Source: Mesobacillus sp. | GTDB lineage: Bacteria; Bacillota; Bacilli; Bacillales; Cytobacillaceae | DNA length: 64,000 nt | Reading direction: 5' to 3' | NCBI RefSeq assembly: GCF_047739415.1 | Contig: NZ_JBIQOE010000218.1 | Span: forward strand, 15,254-79,253 | Part shown: positions 34,199 through 44,052 of the stretch, in pieces | Position numbering within the stretch: the first letter of the stretch is position 1 | Layout of the letters: the number at the start of each line of letters is the position of its first letter | Made by a program: the position numbers and the translations under genes | The notes under the pieces: model-generated | Seen by the model: only the letters and a program-made list of their open reading frames with translations | The model's database searches: none | Told to the model about the DNA's origin: nothing

Positions 34199-36239
34199 AA
34201 ATGTCAAAAAGTCAAAATCGACAGTTCGTAATAATAATACTGAAGATCCTGATTATCAATTAGATACAAAACCTAATATGTGGGAAATAATCTCGCCAGA
34301 AGGCCTGAAAATCGATTCCGAAGACTTTGGTATCATCAAGCAATCGCTTGGAACCAAAACATATTTCAGACCGGTTTACATACCCAGAGATGGTTATCCA
34401 CGAAAGACAGTAACAAACTGGCTCTACAATATAACATCAAGCGGGGAAGTAGATGTTTTCGTTGATGTTCATAAAGTGGGGAAATCCGATGCAGTACGAA
34501 CCTTGCAAAGGCAAATAACTATGCTTGAATCAAATCTAACCTTCCAGACCAAACGTGGAAATATCGACCAAATAAATGATTTGACAAGCAAAATTAGAGA
34601 TACCGATCAATTAATGTCTGAAATTCAGTTTTCTGAAAATGATATGTATAACGTAGGAACGCTAGCCGTTCTTTATGGTCAAAGCGAAAAGGAATTGAAT
34701 CGGTACAGCGAAGCATTAGAGGATGAAATGACGAGTATGTTTTTCTCGCTAACCTCTACATGGGGAAGAGTAAAAAAAGGCTTCCGCAGCGTCCTACCTT
34801 TCGGTAAGAACGAAATCACTGATTCCCTTAGAAATATTGACCGACGAGCCCTTTCTACTTTCTCGCCTTTCATCAGCGGCAGCGGTAAATATATGGGTGG
34901 TGTCCCTCTCGGTGTTAATAAAATTACTGGCCAGCTTGAATTTATCAATTCATTCGGCAATGAAGAATACAGACCGCAAAACTACAATATGTTCGTTGTC
35001 GGTATTTCAGGTAGCGGTAAGTCCGTAACTCTTAAACTTCTAATAGCCCGGGAGCTTACAGGGGCAAATATTTACTCTAGATTAATAGATCCAGAAGGTG
35101 AATTTGTTAGGATCACTAAGCGCCTTGGCGGCATCAACTTAAATATCAGTGAAGAGGAAGACATTTGCATTAATCCTCTTGCCATCAATTACACAGACAT
35201 TCCTCTTGATGAGAATGATGAAGAATTGGAACAACTGGAAGATTCGGATGAAAAAGAAATCGTTGAAAAAGAAGGAAAGAAATATATTCGCTTTGTTCCG
35301 CTCCGTGAAAAAATGAATGACATTTTAGATTTCTTTGACATAATCTGTCGCGGAAAAAATGCCGAAGATCGCGGGCTTGATGTTTTTGAACGAAACTTCT
35401 TAGAAGAAGCGGTACAGTTTATTTTTAATGAAAAGCTTGCGCTAACTTCCCATCCTGAATCTTTATTTGAAAATAAGGTTGTTCAAATTGACAACCAATT
35501 AATCCAATCCAGAGTGAGGAAGCCAGAGCCCACTATCTCCGATATCTTTGAGTATTTAAAAACGCACTATGAAAAAGAACCAAAGGCACTCCGTTTAATT
35601 GCAGCTATCCGTCCTTTCCTAAGAGATGGCTCAAAACCTATTTTTGATGGCCAAACATATTTAGGTAAGGGTGTTACACAATCTTTGGAAGATGCTCGTC
35701 TTGTAAATTTTAACATCAGTCAAATGGAAGAAGGGTTTTTGCGGCCAATTGCTTATCACGTTATTCTCAACTATTTATGGGAGCATTTTGTTAAAAACCT
35801 CGATAATGCGACCAAAAAGAAATTTGTATACGCTGATGAAGCTTGGACCCTGGTAGACAGTGATCAAACTGTAAGCTTCTTAGAAAAGATGGCAAGACGT
35901 GCACGCAAACGGAATGCTGGTTTACGACTGGCTTCTCAAGACTTTGTTCGATTTGTAACTAACGATAAGGCTCGAGGAATTTTACAGAACACTCACTCTT
36001 ATTTATTCCTTCAACAGAATAAGATCGATTTAAAAGCCATCAAAGAAAACTTCGATCTTAGTGCCGGTGAAATTGATATTTTGTTTGGAATGCCTGATAA
36101 GGGTGAGGGAATCCTCCGGATTGGTAAAAGCTCTGTTTGGCTTCAAACCAATCCGAGTGATGAAGAATTATTCTTTATTGAATCGAACCAGGCTGTATAT
36201 GAAGAGAAAATGCGGCAGAAACAACTTATGCAGCATTGA
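34146..36239 (+). CDS. VirB4-family T4SS ATPase
   Basis: Walker A GISGSGKSVTLK and Walker B FVYADEAW. AAGGAGG lies at 34127-34133, before the ATG at 34146. The ORF track allows 34086. Confidence 0.8.
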   Translation: MKFKKTDKKQPSKKEPAKNVKKSKSTVRNNNTEDPDYQLDTKPNMWEIISPEGLKIDSEDFGIIKQSLGTKTYFRPVYIPRDGYPRKTVTNWLYNITSSGEVDVFVDVHKVGKSDAVRTLQRQITMLESNLTFQTKRGNIDQINDLTSKIRDTDQLMSEIQFSENDMYNVGTLAVLYGQSEKELNRYSEALEDEMTSMFFSLTSTWGRVKKGFRSVLPFGKNEITDSLRNIDRRALSTFSPFISGSGKYMGGVPLGVNKITGQLEFINSFGNEEYRPQNYNMFVVGISGSGKSVTLKLLIARELTGANIYSRLIDPEGEFVRITKRLGGINLNISEEEDICINPLAINYTDIPLDENDEELEQLEDSDEKEIVEKEGKKYIRFVPLREKMNDILDFFDIICRGKNAEDRGLDVFERNFLEEAVQFIFNEKLALTSHPESLFENKVVQIDNQLIQSRVRKPEPTISDIFEYLKTHYEKEPKALRLIAAIRPFLRDGSKPIFDGQTYLGKGVTQSLEDARLVNFNISQMEEGFLRPIAYHVILNYLWEHFVKNLDNATKKKFVYADEAWTLVDSDQTVSFLEKMARRARKRNAGLRLASQDFVRFVTNDKARGILQNTHSYLFLQQNKIDLKAIKENFDLSAGEIDILFGMPDKGEGILRIGKSSVWLQTNPSDEELFFIESNQAVYEEKMRQKQLMQH

Positions 36240-36254
36240 TAGAAGGGTGGGCTT

Positions 36255-39200
36255 TTGTTGTTAAACGACAAAATAATGGACTTATTCCAGGCTCTGTTCG
36301 GGAAGATTTGGGAATGGCTTCTAGGTCCATTTAAAGACTTAAGAGGCTTTAAAGAATTAATCTATGGAAAGGATGGTGATACGAACCTTGCATACGGCAT
36401 TTTCACTTCTGATGAAATATCAAAAATATATACACCTGGGCTAAATGCTTTTGTTGCCTTAGCGGTAACAGCCATTTTAGTCGGAATTGTTATAGCGGGT
36501 ATGCGAATTTCATCTTCAGGTATAAATCCATCAAATCGTACCTATGTAATTGAATTTTTTAAAGACTTACTGATTGTTGGAATCTTGCTTTTCAATCTAT
36601 CTACCCTGTATCACGTTATCTTTGGATTAAACTACACTATTGTCAATCTTTTTGCAGGTGTTGATAAAGAGTTAATTGATATGAAAGATAGCTTAGATAC
36701 TTCCAAAGGAGTTCTTGGTGAACTCATCATACAACTTTCACTTTTAGGATTAGCAATTTGGGCTAACTTCTACTACATGATGAGAAGACTGACCCTTTTA
36801 CTACTTATGATAATGGGACCGCTTATGCTCGCCCTATATCTCATTCCTCAGACTAAAGGGATTACAATGGGGTGGTTAAAGGAACTAACCGGTACTGTGT
36901 TTGTTCAGGCGGTTCATGCGGCTTTATATTGGATGGTTGCATTAATGTCTGCAACCACTTCGGGAATAGAAGGAGTAATTCTCTACATTATTTTCATTCC
37001 TGTTGCCGAATCAATTCGAGCCTTGCTAGGGCTTGGTGGGCAAATGAATGACCGTCTAACTAAATCGGCTGCAATGTTTGGTGGGGCAGCATTAGCTGGT
37101 ATGTACGGTTCTGTTCGTGGAGCCTTAGGAGGTAAGTCTGTAACTGAAGCTCTTCGGAATGTAGCTGGAAAAGCGACTAAGGCGGTATCGGGAAAAGGCG
37201 GTTCCGGAGAAGAAGAAGATGGAGCAAAAGGTTTACTCTCTAACGCAGGCACTGATATTGGTTCAACTTCCCGCGCTGAGCGAATGCTTAAAGCTGGAGA
37301 AATTCTATCCAAGAGTGGTAAAGCAGTTTTCGGCGCTGCAGGCGCAATTGCCGGTTCCCCAATGGGCCCTATGGGGGCAATCGCAGGTTCTACTATAGGT
37401 TTTAATGCCGGTGGCGTTGTTGGCGGAGTAGCAGGACGAGCCGGTATGGCAATCGCAGAGGGTGGCGGCAAAAGGATAGCCGCGGGAGTTAAGGCTGGTG
37501 TTGATAAATTCAAGGGGATCAAAAATGCTGAATCTGCAGCTGATGAGAAATTGGCCAAATCAATAGCTGAAGATGACACCACGAAATGGGCTAGTGAAAA
37601 TCAGGAAAGTTTCATGAAAGATTTAAAAGAACGTTTCCCGGATGCTCATCAATCTTCACTAAATAAAATGTGGGACAACGAGGTTTCAGCTAAACATGGA
37701 GAATACCTGGAAAAAGCAAGAGCAACGGTTGGACAAATAAAGAAAACAAATGGACAACATGCTAAAGCTTCTGATCTCGTTAATTCCACCGTTGATAATT
37801 TGACAAATGATTGGGCTAAAAATAATAAAGACCAGTTCATAAAGGATTATGATACTAAGAATCCGCTTCCAGCAAATCCAACTGAAGGAGACATTTTAAA
37901 ACATAACCAAAACCGGGAAGCCGCTTGGCAGACGGCTGTTGCAGGGAAAAGAGCAGCTATAAGTACAGCTGCTGCTGCAACTGCTGTGAAATTGGGGCAA
38001 AGCGGTGCAGCGTTAGTCAATAACCTTACAAATGATTGGGCTAAGACCAACAAAGACCAGTTCATGAAGGATTACGATTCTAAGAATCCGCTCCCTTCAA
38101 ATGCAACGCAAGAGGATATTCAAAAGCACAATCAAAATAAGGAAGCCGCTTGGCAAGCAACTGTGGCAGATAAGAAACAAGCGATTAGTAATATCACTTC
38201 TTTAAGCCCGTCAAGTTTAAGTAAAGGGGTTTCCTCTGTAGTTAGTAATTTAACCAATGAGTGGGCAAACAAGAACAAAGATCAATTTATGAAAGACTAC
38301 GATGCAAACCATCCGCTTCCGGCCAACGCAACAAAAGGAGAAGTTACTAAACACAACCAGAACAAGGAAGCAGCCTGGCAGAATGCTGTTTCTAGTAAAA
38401 AGGATTCTATTGGCAATACCGTTTCATCTGTATTACCTAAAATTAACAATGCTGAATCTATGAATCTTTCCTATATAAATAAAGAGGATTTCGCTAACAC
38501 TGTAGGACAAGAAGTGAGTTCGGTGGTGGGCACGGGAGGAAGAGAAGCAGTTACAGCCGTAAAAGCTGCAACTGCCAATGTTAAAAATGCATCTTTGTAT
38601 TCAGGAAAATCCGTAAATACACCATACCTCGCTAATCAGTTAGCTAGTATAAAAACCGCCGCGGGTAAAGCTCAGTTCATTAAAAATGGCCTTAATTCAG
38701 GAGAGTTTGCCTCTGAACATGAAGCTACCCAGCAATGGAATCAAGTAGAGGCTCCAAAGAGGTATGCTCAAAATATGAGCCAGGTATCTCAAAGCATGCC
38801 GCGGCATATACCATTAGACCATGCTGTCATTGGCAATAAGGTACTAAGGGCTGGTGGAGCAGTTGCGGGCAGTGTTTCTTCATTTGTCACAGGCACAGCT
38901 GGCGTAAAAGAAGTTGGACAATTTTTATCCGATACTAAAATCGGACAGGGTGCGATTGGTGCGGCAATGGGGCTTAAACAAGGAGCCAATTTCGACCTGT
39001 CGCAGGGTGTTATCACGGGTACTGTATCCGGTGTAGGTTCAGCATTAAAAACTGCTGGCACAACCGCTGTATCAAACTTTAAAAATCATGTTCCTTCAAA
39101 TGTTGTTGAAAAACAGGCAGGTTTCAAAAATTCAGCTGCCTATGCATCTGGAATCGTTGGTGGCGTAGGTGGATATAAAGCTGGAGCGAATTTTGGAGCC

Positions 39201-39992
39201 AAATATAACCCTTATAATAATGCCGCGAATCAGCAAATAGCAGAAATTGCGGAAATTGCACATATGGCCCAAACCATTACTGGACCAAATGGGGAAAGTA
39301 TAGTCGCTAATGGAGCGGTTCGCATGGTAACAACCGCCAACCAAACCGTTCTTCAAGTAAAAGATAAGGCTGGTCAAGTACAAACAGTGTCCCGAATAGC
39401 CTCCGGCGATTCGAGCTTGCAAAAAGGGCAAACCGTATACCAAGACCTAACCATTCAAGACGGTCAACTTATAACTGCTTCTAATGCATATAAGGAAGAT
39501 AGCGGCGGCGGCAGGGTTGCGCTTAATCGAAATATAAATGTGAATCCTAATAAGCTTGTCGCAAACCGAAATACACCTCAATCACCGCGGGTAGTCCAAG
39601 AAGTTCAAAGCTACAACCAAAAGGTTGATAGTGGGCAATACTACTTGAAAGATGCTATGAATGAAATGACAAATATTCATATGGTGGTGGATCGGAATAG
39701 AAGTTATTTGGTTGGGAATAAAGGTGGAAAAGAATATCGCATTTCTCAATATGGTCCGGGTGACGCACGCTTAAATACTGACGAAATTGTATACAGGAAA
39801 ACAGAAGTCCGTAATAAGAGTCTGGTTGTTACAACAGCACACCGCAATGAAATTGGCGGGGAAGAAATTGAATATCATAATTCCGCGCGTCCCGAAGATC
39901 TCGCTCCAAAAATTCCACCTAATAAGCGGAGTATTGCAAGGAAACAAAATGAAAAATTTAGAAATAAATCTTTCACAGAGCCTTTGAGGTGA
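36255..39992 (+). CDS. Large polytopic T4SS membrane protein (VirB6-like N-terminus) with Gly/Ala-rich region, three 75-aa repeats and a long C-terminal domain
   Basis: 1245 aa. At least 6 TM segments in the first approximately 260 aa. Residues about 270-420 are Gly/Ala-rich. The position matches VirB6-type proteins of Gram-positive T4SS. Confidence 0.55.
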   Translation: MLLNDKIMDLFQALFGKIWEWLLGPFKDLRGFKELIYGKDGDTNLAYGIFTSDEISKIYTPGLNAFVALAVTAILVGIVIAGMRISSSGINPSNRTYVIEFFKDLLIVGILLFNLSTLYHVIFGLNYTIVNLFAGVDKELIDMKDSLDTSKGVLGELIIQLSLLGLAIWANFYYMMRRLTLLLLMIMGPLMLALYLIPQTKGITMGWLKELTGTVFVQAVHAALYWMVALMSATTSGIEGVILYIIFIPVAESIRALLGLGGQMNDRLTKSAAMFGGAALAGMYGSVRGALGGKSVTEALRNVAGKATKAVSGKGGSGEEEDGAKGLLSNAGTDIGSTSRAERMLKAGEILSKSGKAVFGAAGAIAGSPMGPMGAIAGSTIGFNAGGVVGGVAGRAGMAIAEGGGKRIAAGVKAGVDKFKGIKNAESAADEKLAKSIAEDDTTKWASENQESFMKDLKERFPDAHQSSLNKMWDNEVSAKHGEYLEKARATVGQIKKTNGQHAKASDLVNSTVDNLTNDWAKNNKDQFIKDYDTKNPLPANPTEGDILKHNQNREAAWQTAVAGKRAAISTAAAATAVKLGQSGAALVNNLTNDWAKTNKDQFMKDYDSKNPLPSNATQEDIQKHNQNKEAAWQATVADKKQAISNITSLSPSSLSKGVSSVVSNLTNEWANKNKDQFMKDYDANHPLPANATKGEVTKHNQNKEAAWQNAVSSKKDSIGNTVSSVLPKINNAESMNLSYINKEDFANTVGQEVSSVVGTGGREAVTAVKAATANVKNASLYSGKSVNTPYLANQLASIKTAAGKAQFIKNGLNSGEFASEHEATQQWNQVEAPKRYAQNMSQVSQSMPRHIPLDHAVIGNKVLRAGGAVAGSVSSFVTGTAGVKEVGQFLSDTKIGQGAIGAAMGLKQGANFDLSQGVITGTVSGVGSALKTAGTTAVSNFKNHVPSNVVEKQAGFKNSAAYASGIVGGVGGYKAGANFGAKYNPYNNAANQQIAEIAEIAHMAQTITGPNGESIVANGAVRMVTTANQTVLQVKDKAGQVQTVSRIASGDSSLQKGQTVYQDLTIQDGQLITASNAYKEDSGGGRVALNRNINVNPNKLVANRNTPQSPRVVQEVQSYNQKVDSGQYYLKDAMNEMTNIHMVVDRNRSYLVGNKGGKEYRISQYGPGDARLNTDEIVYRKTEVRNKSLVVTTAHRNEIGGEEIEYHNSARPEDLAPKIPPNKRSIARKQNEKFRNKSFTEPLR
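37791..38465 (+). repeat. Three tandem 225-bp (75-aa) in-frame repeats
   Basis: Units start at 37791, 38016 and 38241. Each encodes LTN(D/E)WA(K/N).NKDQF(I/M)KDYD..(N/H)PLP.N.T.....KHNQN(R/K)EAAWQ. A weaker fourth copy lies upstream at about 37570. Confidence 0.85.
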
Positions 39993-39997
39993 TATAG

Positions 39998-42112
39998 ATG
40001 CTACCTCAACCTGAACAGAGAGAGAAGTCCGCTATTAGGAACTATGCAGAAAAAAAGGCTCAACAACAAGGGAGAAAATTAACAAAGAAACTAGCAAAAA
40101 AAGGAGCCAAGGTTGCTCTAAAATTGATCAAGGCGGCAGCGATGAAGTTCGTTGCCCTCTTGTCCAAACTCCTAATATGGTTAGCCGGAACAATAGGATT
40201 ACCAGTAATCGGCATTGGCCTTTTGATAATTGTAGCTTTAATTGTAATCTCGTTGTCCTGGTCCTTCCTTTTTGGTACAGGAGAAGGGTTGGAAGGGGAT
40301 GATAAAGCCACGCATGAGTACATTATTCAACAAGCAAATGGCACAGTGGACATGAACAGTTCCCTGGAACGTCCTTACCGTGTACCCGAAAAATTAATTG
40401 CAGCAACAATACAGCTAGAAGCATTTCAAAAAAATGATGATATAAAAGAAATCATCCGTAAAATGGCTAATTCCTTAGCTCCTCGATTCGATTACGGGAA
40501 ATACAACGAATGGAAAGAAAAACAAGTCTTAGTTTACGAAGATGGAAAACTTGTGAAGGAAGGAAAAGTCCAGCATACCGATAACTATGTTTCAAAATTA
40601 GATCATGTTGAATACTGGAATGGCTCTACAACATTCAAGTATACACCAAAAATTACACCATGGAAGACCACTGAAAAAATCACTTATAGAGAAGAAAAGT
40701 ATACGGAAACAGTTCAACAATCCTATACAGAAACAGTTAAAGAAAATTACACAGTATATGAAACAAATCCTGTCTATAAAACAACTAAGGTGCCTTATCA
40801 AGAAAGACGATTGGTAAAGTCAGTGGATGAGAATGGAAGAAGGATTCTCACCTGGGTAACCGAAACAAAATATCGGGAAGAAACAGTCGTGGAATATGTA
40901 AAGGTTCCAGTAGTTCAAACACGCGACAAACAAATTACCAAAGTTAGAGATGTGGAAGTAGAAAAAACCCGAAAAATTAAAGTCAGAACTGTGACAAAAA
41001 CCCGTCAGCAATACTTCGAATCTTCTAAATCTACAACAACAGATTATGCTACTTTTGATAATGTCTTAAATTCATATTCTCTTGGGATAAAAGACAAACA
41101 GCTTATTGAGGCAAACTATCTATTTTTAGGCGGTAACATCGCTTATACAGACTGGCTAAAAACTATGGGCGGGGGCGATTTAGGTTTCATTTCTTTCGAT
41201 GGAAATATTATTCCAGGATCTGGGGTGCCGCCTCAATTCATGCCTTTTTATCGTTCTGCCGAAAAAAAATATGGAGTTCATTGGTATGTGCTTGCTGCTA
41301 TTCACTTTGTAGAAACTGGTTTTTCAACTCACCCTACTATGATGTCATCAGTTGGAGCGGTTGGCCACATGCAATTTATGCCTGCAACATGGGTGGGTTG
41401 GTCATATAACATTGGTGGAGGATTAGTGTCGTCTAGTACAGATATTACAAGTGTAGCAGTAATATCTCAAGGGAGAGGGTATGGAAGAGATGCCAACGGT
41501 GATGGAAAAGCAGATCCGTGGGATGTCGAGGATGCTGTACATACAGCCGCTTATTATTTATCCAAGAATGGTTATGCATCTGATCCGCGGGGTGCAGTAT
41601 GGCAATACAATCATGCTGATTGGTATGTAAACAAGGTTCTTTCTAATGCTGAGAAGTTTAAAAACGAGGCGACTTATGAAGGCGGAGGTCAAACTCCCCA
41701 ATTGCAACCAGGAGGATTCATGCGTCCCGCTGTAGGTCCAGTTAACTCCCCATTCGGCTCCCGCAGTGGAGGAATGCATTTCGGGATAGACATCGGACAT
41801 GGCGGGAAGACGAACGTACCTATCGTTGCTGCGGCAGACGGGGTTGTAAACCGCTCATATTACTCTTCCTCGTATGGGAATGTGGTTTATATTAAGCACA
41901 ATATAAACGGTCAAGCCTTTGAAACAGTCTATGCCCATATGCAAAACCGAGCTGTTGCCGCTGGAACCGCTGTAAAGCAGGGACAATTTTTAGGCTATAT
42001 GGGTACCACAGGTGATTCTACTGGTGTCCATCTACATTTTGAGGTTCACAGAAATCAATGGACGTCAAATAAGGGGAATGCTTTAAACCCCGCTTTATTA
42101 ATACCATTCTAA
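39998..42112 (+). CDS. Bifunctional cell-wall hydrolase (lytic transglycosylase SLT domain plus M23 peptidase), VirB1 analogue
   Basis: 704 aa. N-terminal TM. SLT-like IHFVETGFS...GAVGHMQFMPATW. M23 motifs GMHFGIDIG and GVHLHFEV. Confidence 0.8.
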   Translation: MLPQPEQREKSAIRNYAEKKAQQQGRKLTKKLAKKGAKVALKLIKAAAMKFVALLSKLLIWLAGTIGLPVIGIGLLIIVALIVISLSWSFLFGTGEGLEGDDKATHEYIIQQANGTVDMNSSLERPYRVPEKLIAATIQLEAFQKNDDIKEIIRKMANSLAPRFDYGKYNEWKEKQVLVYEDGKLVKEGKVQHTDNYVSKLDHVEYWNGSTTFKYTPKITPWKTTEKITYREEKYTETVQQSYTETVKENYTVYETNPVYKTTKVPYQERRLVKSVDENGRRILTWVTETKYREETVVEYVKVPVVQTRDKQITKVRDVEVEKTRKIKVRTVTKTRQQYFESSKSTTTDYATFDNVLNSYSLGIKDKQLIEANYLFLGGNIAYTDWLKTMGGGDLGFISFDGNIIPGSGVPPQFMPFYRSAEKKYGVHWYVLAAIHFVETGFSTHPTMMSSVGAVGHMQFMPATWVGWSYNIGGGLVSSSTDITSVAVISQGRGYGRDANGDGKADPWDVEDAVHTAAYYLSKNGYASDPRGAVWQYNHADWYVNKVLSNAEKFKNEATYEGGGQTPQLQPGGFMRPAVGPVNSPFGSRSGGMHFGIDIGHGGKTNVPIVAAADGVVNRSYYSSSYGNVVYIKHNINGQAFETVYAHMQNRAVAAGTAVKQGQFLGYMGTTGDSTGVHLHFEVHRNQWTSNKGNALNPALLIPF

Positions 42113-42153
42113 CAACCGGGGGTACGCCCCCCAAAAAAAAGGAGGAATTATTT

Positions 42154-42699
42154 ATGAAAAAGTGGTTCGTACTCTTAACATTGGTATTGAGCATGACCTT
42201 GTTGGGTGCTTGTTCTTCGAAAGAAAAAACCACATCTGCTGAAAGTAAAATAAAAGTTACTGAAGAAAATAAATCCTATTTAGAAGTCTATGATAAATCA
42301 TTACAAGGGTTTATTAACGAAATGACAAGCATTTTAAAAACGTTTAACGACTCCCTGGATGGAATCTATACTCAGGAGTATAGCAAGGATCAATTTGCTC
42401 AGGCTATCACCTCAAGTATCGAAAAGTCAAATAAGCTTGTTACTGATGTGGAATCAGTCGATGTCAAACCTGAATTATTTGAAGCTCACCAAAATCTTAT
42501 CGTGCTTATAAATCGATCTCATCAACTTTTGCTGGACGCTGTTGATATGGCCAAATCAGAAGATCGGGAAATAGAAAAAGACGTACTTCGAATGGAGTTT
42601 ATTGAAATTAAAACAGAACAGGCGAAAATCGCTAACCAGTGGAAAATCCTAAGAGAAGAACTAGAAGCATCTGAACAGGAAGCAAAAAGCAATGGATAA
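42154..42699 (+). CDS. Lipoprotein, unknown function
   Basis: Lipobox TLLGAC. RBS AAGGAGG. Confidence 0.6.
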   Translation: MKKWFVLLTLVLSMTLLGACSSKEKTTSAESKIKVTEENKSYLEVYDKSLQGFINEMTSILKTFNDSLDGIYTQEYSKDQFAQAITSSIEKSNKLVTDVESVDVKPELFEAHQNLIVLINRSHQLLLDAVDMAKSEDREIEKDVLRMEFIEIKTEQAKIANQWKILREELEASEQEAKSNG

Positions 42700-43321
42700 A
42701 AAAAAGATTTCGGCTATTGCTTTACTATTGTTTTTAATCGGGCTCCTCTTCTATTTAATTGTTGCCCCAGAAGGGGAGCAGGAAGATATGGATTTAGACA
42801 AGACAAAAGAAGAGGTATTGAAGGAAATCAATTCTTCCGAAGAATATGTGAAAAACACAGTAGATTGGGCAGACAAGGATACTGAAATTGCTTATTTTAA
42901 CCCTCCACACGTGGAAGAATCAAACTATGATCCAAAAAAAGATGTGGCTAAATACTTTATTGCTGGATTGCTGACAAACGACATAGATATCTTTCTCTCC
43001 AGTTTTTATGTGCAAACTATATCTGAGGATTTATTTAGAAGTAAAGAACCTGATAAAATGTTAGTAACTAAAGAAATTATGCGACAAATCACCCGGGATA
43101 ATCAATTAAAGGAAATTAAATACTCTGATAAAAAAGGAGTATTTAATACAGAAACCAATAAGCTTTCCCTTACTCTAATCTATAAAGATAATAAAGAGGC
43201 CAGAATTAATTTACAAGCCATTCTACTCGAGGACGCTCATGGAGATCATGAAGAAAAAGTCTATGTTATTACGACATCAGTTTGGGATATTATAGAACAA
43301 ATAAAGACCCGCATTCAGTAA
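42692..43321 (+). CDS. Membrane-anchored hypothetical protein
   Basis: 209 aa with one N-terminal TM. Overlaps the previous gene by 8 nt. Confidence 0.5.
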   Translation: MDKKKISAIALLLFLIGLLFYLIVAPEGEQEDMDLDKTKEEVLKEINSSEEYVKNTVDWADKDTEIAYFNPPHVEESNYDPKKDVAKYFIAGLLTNDIDIFLSSFYVQTISEDLFRSKEPDKMLVTKEIMRQITRDNQLKEIKYSDKKGVFNTETNKLSLTLIYKDNKEARINLQAILLEDAHGDHEEKVYVITTSVWDIIEQIKTRIQ

Positions 43322-43331
43322 AATGCGGGTC
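43307..43331. terminator. Bidirectional terminator at the end of the T4SS block
   Basis: Stem gacccgcatt (43307-43316) / aatgcgggtc (43322-43331). It sits between convergent genes. Confidence 0.65.
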
Positions 43332-43332
43332 T

Positions 43333-44052
43333 TTATGTGCGTAAAGTAATTTCATTTTTTGCCTTATTCCAAGAACCAAATACTCTAAAATATACTTGAC
43401 TAGAGGGTAAGTGGTTTTCAGAAGCATAGTCATCCCATCGAGTCATACTACTGTGCAGGAAACGCTCTTTATGGCACTTAGTGAGATTGATTAACTCTTC
43501 TTTTGTTATTACATACCTATTTCTCTTATTGACGATAGAAAGGATATCATTATAATCAAAATGCTTTTTTATAGTTTTATAAGTCGGCAGTTTATTCTCC
43601 TTTGCATATTCATCCCATTGTTTACGGTTTTCATAATGTTCAGCATGAGTTGTCAATATTTTCTCGATATCTTCTCTAGAGTATAGATCGTCCTTCCTCT
43701 TTTCATCCCCTAAACCAATATGCACTTTGAGTTTTTGCCAACTACCAAAAGCTTTTATAAAAGTCGCGGAAGCAGGCAATCCATTTTTTTTAGAATATTC
43801 ATCCCATATTGATTTTCTGCGAAATTTATCCTTATGAAGAAAGGCGATTTCCTCCAATTCCGAAAACTTATAGCTTCTATACTTATTAGGCACCCCCAAA
43901 GTTCTTTTTACGTTAGACCAGGATTTAAAGTGATAAATCAAGGTGACAGAAGGGGGAAGCCCCTGATTTTTCGCGTACGCGTCCCAAGCCTTTATTGTCG
44001 TAATATGTTCTTTATGTGGTTCCAGAATCTCTAAAAATGCTTTTTTATTCAT
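43333..44052 (-). CDS. Protein built of four homing-endonuclease-associated (HNH_repeat-like) repeats, no nuclease domain seen
   Basis: 239 aa. Repeats WDAYAKNQGLPPSVTLIYHFKSW, WDEYSKKNGLPASATFIKAFGSW, WDEYAKENKLPTYKTIKKHF and WDDYASENHLPSSQVYFRVFGSW. Paralogue of the split gene at 31513-32265. Confidence 0.65.
   Translation of the reverse strand: MNKKAFLEILEPHKEHITTIKAWDAYAKNQGLPPSVTLIYHFKSWSNVKRTLGVPNKYRSYKFSELEEIAFLHKDKFRRKSIWDEYSKKNGLPASATFIKAFGSWQKLKVHIGLGDEKRKDDLYSREDIEKILTTHAEHYENRKQWDEYAKENKLPTYKTIKKHFDYNDILSIVNKRNRYVITKEELINLTKCHKERFLHSSMTRWDDYASENHLPSSQVYFRVFGSWNKAKNEITLRT

Noticed and set aside
33242-36239. Possibility that the 318-aa and 717-aa ORFs are one frameshifted VirB4 gene
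   Set aside because: The 717-aa ORF already contains a complete VirB4-like N-terminal region and the ATPase motifs. It also has its own AAGGAGG plus ATG at 34146. The 318-aa protein has its own TM anchor and a start coupled to the PrgI-like gene. They are treated as two genes with overlapping ends.
36983-37582. 199-aa minus-strand ORF, Pro/Ala-rich
   Set aside because: It lies antisense to the Gly/Ala-rich part of the 1,245-aa T4SS gene. GGN/GCN codons read as Pro/Ala on the opposite strand. No RBS is present, so this is a compositional artefact.
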